A DNA stretch of 64,000 nt from Paraspadella gotoi (Eukaryota; Animalia; Chaetognatha), in assembly GCA_051294375.1 (NCBI GenBank), contig CM119263.1, positions 22,222,833-22,286,832 on the forward strand, given 5' to 3'. The first letter of the stretch is position 1; every line of letters starts with the position of its first letter. The notes beneath the pieces are model-generated. The model was not told the origin of the DNA and did no database searches. It was given only the letters and a program-made list of their open reading frames with translations. Both the position numbers and the translations under genes were made by a program. Below, piece after piece: positions 54,659-64,000 of this stretch.

Positions 54659-57600
54659 TTCTTTACAATTTTCTCTTTTCTTTATTCCATGTATCGCTTA
54701 CTCTACTTGGGGCGCCGTTTCCATGACGACCAAATTGTCCATCCAATATGAATGGCAGTTAGACGGAAAATTGAATTTCTCGGCGTCGTCTCTCGTTTTT
54801 GTCCACGCCGTTGTTGTGAGCATGGTATTTTAGGTTGTCCTATTGATTCTCGAGTTTCATTTGTGATTTTGCTCTTCTGGGGCTATTCTAATTAGAAGAT
54901 TACTCTACGAAATTGAAAAATGATGCATTTATATTACCACCATAATTTTAATAATGAGGCTTAAAATTTTTATTTATTAAGACAATAGTGTTGCAAGGCT
55001 ACCATTAATCTTTTTCTATTTTGATATATTCGAAGATTTGAACTTTATAACTCATATTTATTCTTTCATTTGAAACAGTTAATTTTGAAGTAGTTAATTT
55101 TTTATTTACTTTATGCTCATCAATCATTCACAATTAATGCTAAAAAAAATTTATCTTTAGTATTGAATTTAGCATAAAGCAAAACGAATTTTTTAAAAAC
55201 TTTTCTAAAAGAACTCTTAGTTCCGCCTATATTCTGTTTACTTCATGTAAATCTATTACCTCTAAGCTTACTTAATGTGCCTATCGGAATTATAATATAA
55301 ATCGCATGTAGATGTTGACTAATTGGCTAGGTGACTGACTAATTAGGTCAGTTAGCGAGGGATGAATTCATGGCTTATAAAGTCGAAGATGGGAAAAAGC
55401 TCGAAAAGGAAACCTTAAAATCTAATTATTTTTCTTGAGCCGATTTTTAATTCAAATTTTAATTCCAGCGAAAGTCTTAGAATATGCTTCTTTTTACCAT
55501 CTTTATCTAAATCGCATTATCCTTATTTTTCCCCAAATTTTCCATTTTTTTCTCAACTATAATTATAAAAAACAGGAAACAAAACGGTGAAAATACAAAC
55601 AAGAACCATTGTCCAATCTCATTAATCTTATCCAGAAAAATTAATCCACAGTGACGTCACGTGGCTTTTTTCTCACGCAAATAAACAACGAAATGATCTG
55701 ATCTCCGTAATAAGCGAAACAAACGATCATTTTTTTAAGATCAAGGAGAAAAGAAAACGTTTATCCTTTTACCTTTCACACTTTAAATTTAAACCGCGAC
55801 TTGTTATACCAATTTAAAGTTTAAAAAAATTCTCCAAAAATGTACCCTTGGTTTAACCGTGTGGTTGATCTCTCTCCTCTCTGGTGCGGACCGTCTCCTT
55901 TCTCCGCAGCCGACGCCGCATCGTCTGCCGCGGCCGCTGCTACGAGTTGCGCTCGGCCGACTTCTCGACGGCGCGCGAAAACGTCGCACCGCTCCTTCCA
56001 GGAATCCTCGTGTTCGTTGCGATCGACTCTGCAAAACTGTACGCGACTGCTGCAGAACGAAAAGATCGAATGTCCGTCGGATTCGTGGAAAGACAAATGG
56101 AAGTTGATTGCAGGATCGAAAATACCGTCAAATTCACCCATACGTGATGCGACGGATCGAGAGGCAAAAGACGTCGCGTGATCGAGGTACAACGCTAAAA
56201 ATAAGATAATTATTTCAAGAGGTGAACCTTAGGACCTTAGAAGGTTTTATTGATAATATTAATAATCTCATTACATTCGCAGTTTCCGCCCAAAGCCGTA
56301 ATCTTTCTGCAAGCCTTTGCACGCGCTATAAATCTTCATGACACCATGTCCCGTAACTCTTCGAGTTAGTTACAAATCTAACTGCGCCAAATGCAGGCAA
56401 CGTCGGAACTCCGGTAACGTATAGAACCCATGTAGTGCTGAGATGAGCAAAAATCTCTCATAATAATTTAATTAGCTAGCATTTTATACTGAAAGAATGT
56501 TAAAAGTTTTTCTAAATTTTGCTTTGGATTTCTAATTGCAGAAAGAATAATTTGAAATCTCTGGTCAAAATGAAGCTTTAGCGAAAATCTATATATAGTT
56601 TAGTTTTATACAGAGAATTTAATATTTCTTTATCATTACGAATCAAATCCAATCAAAAAGCATTAATTCAAAATAGTACTTAAAGCCACGCGATACTAAA
56701 TTTTTTTCAATTATGTCTGATGTGGAAAGACTTGTTTTCGGTAACTTATACGCTTATTGTTGCACGGCTCCCATCCTTCAATGACATTCCACTTTCGTCC
56801 CCGTACCTCCTTGGTCGACGGTCGAGTCTACCGCAATCGCTATGCCCAAATGCACCAACCCGTCGGATGACGTCGCCGCGTGGACGTGACGCACGTGGAG
56901 TGCGACGAGAGGCAGCAGACTCTCAAGGATAATTTACTTTTAATCGGAACTTACTGGATCTCTCGACTCTGATTTTTGAAATTGCCAATGGTTGTTTACC
57001 AATCCTGCCGAATGCGGTTCACCCAGCAATGCAACCAACTTTATTTTGCCTTTCGGAATCTGAGAATAAAACTATATCCAAGAAGATCTCACCTTCTATT
57101 CTTCAAAACAATTATTCCCTACCATCAGCAATTCCATACACCTTCCAACCCAGAGCCGTTACCATCCTCATGAACTGGGCGAAGATGGAACGACCCGTCT
57201 CAAAGTCAACGAAGGTTACCTCGATTTGATTGAGCATTGTCCCCAAGGCACTTGCCCTCGAGATTTCCTCCAAAACATGCGAAAGAAACGCTGCCCTCGG
57301 GGACGAAACTGCTCATGGACGGAACCTGCAAACCATCCCACTGAGAACCTTAAGTTCGAGACTCACGTGTTTATCTATCTCGATATTCTTTTCGACACAA
57401 AACAGTTTCCAGAATTTAATACCCAAATCACCGAGAACTTTTACAGAGACAATTTTGGCAATTACATTAACGGCGACGATAAAGTACGATCGACGTTTCC
57501 ATTACGCCCAAGAAAGAAATTTGAATACAGATTCGCTTATCATGAACAACAGCATCATCAATATCAACATCATGCTGAAGAACGAGCGTCGAATAAGATC

Positions 57601-60295
57601 GTCGACTTGTACAAGATATGTTGGAGGAATTAAACAAAAATTTAACTTTTCATCGAAACGAAATCCCAAAAGCTTCAGGTCATGAACGTCAGCGAGAAGA
57701 TCATTCAAACGACGGTGCCCACCACGCAAGAGTTCGATTGGTGCCCCAACGGAGTCATGAGGTTTTACAACGACAGTTTCGACTTTTGGCAAGTGAGTCA
57801 TCGACTGCGCGGCGGAGAGGAACGAAGATCGAAACGTTCGTCCGTACGCACGACACGGACGTCGTGTACAACGCGAGCCGATTTCGATCTGGCATCGCCG
57901 TGGGACTCGATTGAATTGGGAGGAACAAGACGTCATTTCTTTGGTCGTCGTTTGCGAAAAAAAACTCTTCATCGCTGACAAAACTGCGAACTCAAAGTGA
58001 TATTCAATTCCTCGGAATTTCGCACCTGAATAACCGGAGGGTCGAAGTTTTAGCGGATCGAAAATCTACGGAGTGAACGAGTACGAACATTTCCATCGGG
58101 AAACCAATTCTACTCAACGAAATCTGATAAAATTCTAGTCTGTTTGCGATTATCGAAAGAAGAACGCTTCTTTTTCTCCTTTTCGCGATCCAGGGATTGC
58201 TGACGGTCATTCTGCTGCCATTTTCTATCCTTGCGCTGATGCTTATCATATTGATTATTTCCATCTACCGATCCCTGCACAATTTGCCCGCCTCATTCTG
58301 CATCCACGTCACTGTGACTTTACTCACGTCACAGTCGATGATCTTGTTTACGCTCAACTATCCAGCCGTGATTTCCTGGAAATGCATGATCATTGCAGTC
58401 GCCAATTCACTATTTGCTTATCGCATCTTTCTGTTTGATGAACGCCTACGCCTTCTAATCTACCGAACCATCGCTGCTCTACCACAGCGGCGACATTAGA
58501 CGCGACCGAAACCTGGCGCCGCTCTTGCGCTACGCTGCTTACGCTTACGGTACGCCGGCGCTTTCGTCATAGCCTGCGTCACGGTGATTTGCAGACAAAC
58601 AGCATCCATTACGGAGTGACAACCTGATTTATTGACCAAAGAAACGGTCTCAACCAAGATCACATCGCTCCAGAAACACTGTTGGATCAACGACAACGTA
58701 GCTCCGGCTTCGTTTTCGGCTTGCCTCTCTTCGCCATCATGATCGCCAACGTCGTTTCTACGCGTTGACGGTTCGTCGCATCAAGGCAATTCCAGAGCCG
58801 AACTCTTTCGAGGGCGTGGAGGCGCAAGCCTCGTTCCCAAATCCGATTCTCCCGTCGATCTGCGGACCTTCGTGCGTCTCTCCCACATGATGGGGTTCGG
58901 ATGGCTGCTGGGGTTCGGAGGGACGATCATCAAGAGGATCGACGACGGAGCCGTGGTCAGACGCTTGGGAGGAGATGTCTTCTTATCTCTTCGTCTTCGC
59001 TTCTTCGTTGCAGGGACTGGGGAATCTTCGTCGCCTTCGCCACGGGCGGTCGGGTCAAGGAGGCCGTCAAGGGGACGATGGAGAAGCTGAAGTTGACATC
59101 GAGAAAAACGAATTCGGGGAAGAGGGAAAGTCAATAAAGTATTAATAAAAAACATTTAAATTACTTTTAAAAACTTTCGTGTTACAATGCTGATATTTTG
59201 TTTTAAATTATTTTTAAATTTCTAGAGCTAAATCTTCTATGTGGCCACTCTGCGAAAATCAGTTCGAAGACCTTTTGTTTTCAGTTAAAAACCGTTTGAT
59301 TCTTCCCACATAACAGATGGCTCTGTAATAATTCCAACTGCCTTTATTATGATTGTTACCGGAGAACGTCTTTTTTTTTATTCACTTCTGTTTCTCTCTG
59401 AAATAAAAAAAGTCTGCGAATCTGATTTATTCGCTCAGGTGGCCACATATTATTATTTTAATTTTTAATCTAAAATTAATCCAAAAAATTGACTGATTAG
59501 CTTACTTTTTCTATTAGTTAAAAAGATATGTCAATTATTTGTCAGCCTACTTAATTTCTCCAAGAACCAATTTTTCCCGATCTTGCGAGAATGAAAGGTC
59601 ATTCTCCATCGACTAGACGTCCTTTTTTTCACTTTAGACGCCATGGGCGAGTTTTTTGTGCACCTAGAATTCTATCGATCTTTGTTCCACTGATCTGTTG
59701 GGCCTAAAACCCTATAGCGAAGGGGCGCCATTAGGCTCCACTCATATCTCTTTCCATCCCACCCCACCACCCAAGTCGCTTCCTACCGCCCGCCCCGCTG
59801 CAACGAATTTGGAACGGCGGGGCGCCAAAAGGCTCATTCCTATGCTTATGCCCGCCAAACGGACCCGAATTTGCAGAGCGCAAAAAAAAGGTCGTTTGAA
59901 TGATCACGTCGCGAAAAAAAAGAGCGAGAGAGAAGAGAAAAAAAATGTGAGAATAGAACTACATGTACTCTTTTTTCGCTTCTAATGACTCGATGTTTTC
60001 TTTAAAATATCATTTATTTGGAATTTCTCCAATTTCACTTCCCTGTCCCAAAACGGGCCACGCCCCCATTTCTCTAGAACTTTCCCTTCCGCCATCTTTT
60101 TTTTTTTTTTCATTGGGGAAAGACTGACTTTGTCCCTCGTTCACAAACTTTATGCGTCTTCTGTCTTGACTTTGCTTCTCTCCCTTTTTCTCTCCTCTTT
60201 GTTTCAGTCTTTTTTGAAATTCTCGATTAAATTTTGTGTCGGATTTCTCCGCTTCGTGGGTTTTCTTTATTCCGATTTCTTTCCTGTTTCCAGCT

Positions 60296-60372
<77 letters not shown>

Positions 60373-62155
60373 CTCAACTTCCCGCCCTCCCACTCATACG
60401 CCCAAACACACGCGCACTTGCTGGCACAGTTTTGTTCCATCGTTCCACCCCCCAAAAAAAAAGGGGGGGCGAGAGAAAAAAAATGTCTGCAGGGTTGTTT
60501 ATGCCCTCTCGCGGCTTCGTTTCCAGATCGCCACTCATTCAGAATTTACTCCCTCATCCCGTTTTTTCGTCTCAAACGCTGTTTATGGGCATAAAAAAAA
60601 AGGCGAAGAGAACAGCGACGGAAAAAAGGGAAAAAATTCGATTTAGGAAAAAAAAAAAGAAACTGGTAACTCTCTTAAAAAATTCACATAAATCCGATCG
60701 AAATTTTTATAACCGTTTTAAAAGTTTAATAACTTGCATTTTTGGAGAACGATATTCTTTAGTCGTCTTTTAGTCGAGAAAAAAAAATTAGTTAGTAGTA
60801 ATTTCATACGATATTATTATATCTTTTAGATTACATACAGCTTAACCCACGACAGCCTATCCAAAATCAAATAGCTTATTTATTAAATGAATTATTGTGG
60901 CAATTTCATTACTACGGTTTTGGTGACAGTATTATCATGCCATATTTTTATGTGTGGCGACAGCATTGTAAAAATTACAATCCAATCCGGTTTCACCCTT
61001 TTCAAATCGTCATTAGTCGTTTAGTTTTGATAATTTAAAATATTTGCTCATAAGAGATGATAATTTTGATGATGAATAATTATTATAAAAAGATCCAGGC
61101 CAATGGAGCAAAATGGGCAAAACGAATTGGCAGTGCGAGCGGCAAGCGTTATCAAGACTTCACGATTAGATTGAAAATGAAGACAAGACCAAACAGATAA
61201 TATTTCTTCAAAATTTAAACGTAGTTTTTTTGTGGATGTTTACAATTTTTCCCTTTATCATCGACTCTTTCCCCGTCTTTTATTCATTCATATCTATAAA
61301 TCACTCTTTCTCCTCATTCAACAGCCGGTTGCCTGTTGATGCCCATGGCATGAGGCATCTCACTGTTGGCTTTGGGGGCTCTCGACCTTCAGTGAGCCTC
61401 CTGTCACCCGCGGTTACCCTAGGAGGGTCTAATTTTGCGTCGTTTAGGACTGGGATGGAACGCAACGCTTGTGATGGTGCGTTGCCCCTCTGAGCCAATG
61501 GGATTGACTGAACGATGGTGGATGTGAGGCGGTGTGAATATACCGACACCTATCCTTATTTCATATCCTTTCCCATCTCTTTCCCCTCGTCTTTTCACTC
61601 ACCCCTCCCTCTTCATTATATCGCTTTCCTCTTCCTCATCATCGCTCGTACTGTTCCCCCCCCCCGCCCACACGTCTCTAGAATTTTGTTGTCGCGTCAT
61701 CTCCTCTCCTCTCCTCCTTCCTCCTCCCTCTCTCTCTTCTCCCCCTCTTCACCTCCCCCCCTCGCTTCTTCTCTTAATCCGCCGCGACGAACGCTTATGA
61801 GTTGATAATCTCTATCGGCAACATTTTGGATAGGCGGACCGGCGGATCCCAGACTGGCCGGGATTGCGGCGGCGGACGGACTGGCGCTTCGGACGGCACC
61901 TGCTCTAGGCGCGAGGAGGCGTTGGGGCGTTGGGGATGGTGGCGGGGGTGTGGGAGACTAGAGAGGTGGCATGGTAGGAGAAAACTGAAGGAAGGAGGCA
62001 TTAAGAGGATTTTGGAGTGGAACGCTCAATGAGGAATTCGTGATGTCAATAAGAAAGTTATTTTGGATGTTTAATGTTTTTAAATCTTAGTTACAATATT
62101 GTCATTTCTGTCATTTATAACATTATTTTTTGCATCTTGTTGAAGATAATCTCTT

Positions 62156-62198
<43 letters not shown>

Positions 62199-62806
62199 CT
62201 CTCTCTCTCTCTCACTCTCTCACTACTCTCCCCTCTCACTTCCTCCTTTATCTTTTCACTCCCTCCCTCGTCCCTCTTATTCTCTAATTTATTTTGCTGG
62301 CAAACGCAATAAATGCAATAAAGACGGAATCCAACTGAGAGCGACTTTTTCTGTCCAACTTTCGGACTCGCGACTGGAATGTGATTCAGTTTCTATCCTT
62401 TCTATCTTTTCTCATTGAGTCGTTGACCAGTGTCTATCTTTTTCTTCTCTTCTTTCTTTACCTCCCTTCTTCCATCGCCTCCTTTTCCCTCGATCCCCTC
62501 TTTCCTCCCTTCTTCCCTCGCCTCCTTTTTCCTCGCTCCCCTCTTTCCTCCCTTCTTCCTCGCCTCCTTTTTCCTTCGCCTCCTCTTTCCTCCCTTCTTC
62601 CCTCTCTCCTTTTCCCTCGCTCCTCTCTTTCCTCCCTTCTTCCCTCGCTCCGTTTTCCTCGCCTCACTCTTCCTTCCTTTGGCCTCTTCAATTAAGGTCG
62701 ACTAAGTGGCGCCGGTTGTATCTTGTCCTTTTAAGTTTTTCAAACTCTAAAACGCTCTGGAGGGCCGATAGGGGGGGAGAAGTTGGAAACTCTCCTCTCC
62801 TCTCTC

Positions 62807-62839
<33 letters not shown>

Positions 62840-63078
62840 TCTCTCTTCTTGAGTTCAGAGAAGGAAATGTGAGAGAGTCTCTCGCTCCTATTCTCATTCT
62901 CTCGCGCTCCTCTCTCTCTCTCTCTCTCTCCTCTCTCCTCTCTCTCTCTCTCTCTCTCTCCTTTCTCTCTCTATCTCTCCCTCTCTTTGCCTTCTCTTCT
63001 CTCTCTCTCTGAGTTGAGAAAAGGAAAGGTGAAAGAGAGTCTCTCGCTCCCTTATCTCTCTATCTCTCTCTCTCTCTC

Positions 63079-63118
<40 letters not shown>

Positions 63119-63467
63119 TCATCTCTCTCTGCCTTCTCTCTCTCCGAGTTGAGAAAAGGAAAGGTGGAAGAGAGTCTCTCGCTCCTTATCTCTCTCTCTC
63201 TCTCTCTTTCTCTCGCTTCCCGTTCTGTAGGATATTTCAAAAACTTTCCATCCATTGTCGTCCAATCTTTCCACCCATCCCTTTCTATCTAATTAGCCTT
63301 AATTGGGACGCAATTAACAATTAACCACGATTTAATTGAAATCTTTTCTCTTTTTTTTCAGTTTGTTGTTTTGTTTTACGATTCTTTTCTCCATTTAAAT
63401 GCATCGACTCTTGTCGTTTTTTTTTTTATCTAAACAAAGATGGCGTTCAGTTTCGCGTCGTGCGACA
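54659..63467. repeat. Indel-rich second copy of ~45268-54032; 63468-64000 then repeats 43137-~43680, and 54370-54633 repeats ~52480-52725
   Basis: Colinear near-identity with many 1-nt indels. Flanked by exact 25-N gaps (54345-54369, 54634-54658). Confidence 0.95.
55840..59145 (+). pseudogene. Frameshifted second copy of the SMB-GPCR (probably an error-rich assembly copy; true status unknown)
   Basis: Identical peptide blocks in shifting frames (FCLSESENKTISKKISP, NVSEKIIQTTVPTTQEFDWCPNG, MMGFGWLLGFGG). Dozens of 1-nt indels but few substitutions. Confidence 0.6.
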
Positions 63468-63961
63468 TCCTTCCGTTTCGATGCTCGCTTCATCTTCCGA
63501 TGAACTGACCTGAAAATATATCAGTAATGTTTGTATTATAATTTAGTTTATTGTAGCATTCAAGTTACATCTCAATTTTTATGGCATTCCACAGAAAATC
63601 TTCATTGTCTACAAAAAACGTAGGAAAATATTCGATATTTTTTTTCTTTAAGTTATTAAAAAAAAAACATTTTAAAAGATTTATGACTTTTTAATTTAAA
63701 TTTTAATTTAAATTTAATAAATTTTTAATTTTATTGAAGGAGGGGGACGTTAATTTGTTGTCTTCTGAAAATTACTGGCATCATATGTCTTTCTAGTTAA
63801 ACAACAACAACAACAACGCCGACAAAAATTCAGGCCATTTCTCTTTTTTTTTCTTCCAAAAATTTTTTTTCTCTGAAAAATCATTTTCGTTCCAAAATCG
63901 TGGCGGCATGCTTGACCTCGAAGCTTGGAAAGAAAACTATCTTTACCAAAAGAAAAAAGGG

Positions 63962-64000
<39 letters not shown>

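Noticed and set aside
55840-59145. Treating the second GPCR copy as an old, naturally decayed pseudogene
   Set aside because: Indels far outnumber substitutions, which matches raw long-read error rather than neutral decay. It is labelled pseudogene only as assembled.

Overview
Draft-assembly window from an AT-rich, (GA/TC)n-saturated eukaryotic genome, most likely a metazoan invertebrate. Most ORFs in the track are microsatellite translations. Three real coding units were found by manual splicing. (1) A single plus-strand exon (23103-23363) encoding a CSPG/NG2-type repeat of a CSPG4/kon-tiki/FRAS1-family protein. (2) A minus-strand 10-exon gene (41041->26405) encoding a divergent glucosidase II beta (PRKCSH)-like ER protein: signal peptide, coiled coil, 2 EF-hands, MRH lectin domain and C-terminal KDEL. 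It appears to lack the N-terminal Cys-rich G2B/LDLa domain and the acidic tract, and has an XBP1/UPRE-type motif upstream. This is the most novel-looking item. (3) A two-exon plus-strand gene (46752-49655, 935 aa) encoding a somatomedin-B-domain family-B (Methuselah/adhesion-like) GPCR. Both ends of the window carry indel-rich duplicated blocks next to N gaps (1-5520 vs ~7145-12620; 45268-54032 vs 54659-63467). These look like raw long-read gap fill, but a head-to-tail junction at 63467/63468 hints at a real ~10.9-kb tandem duplication of the GPCR locus. MITE-like inverted-repeat elements and several minisatellites are also present. No rRNA, tRNA or CRISPR array was seen. Family assignments come from recalled motifs, not database searches.
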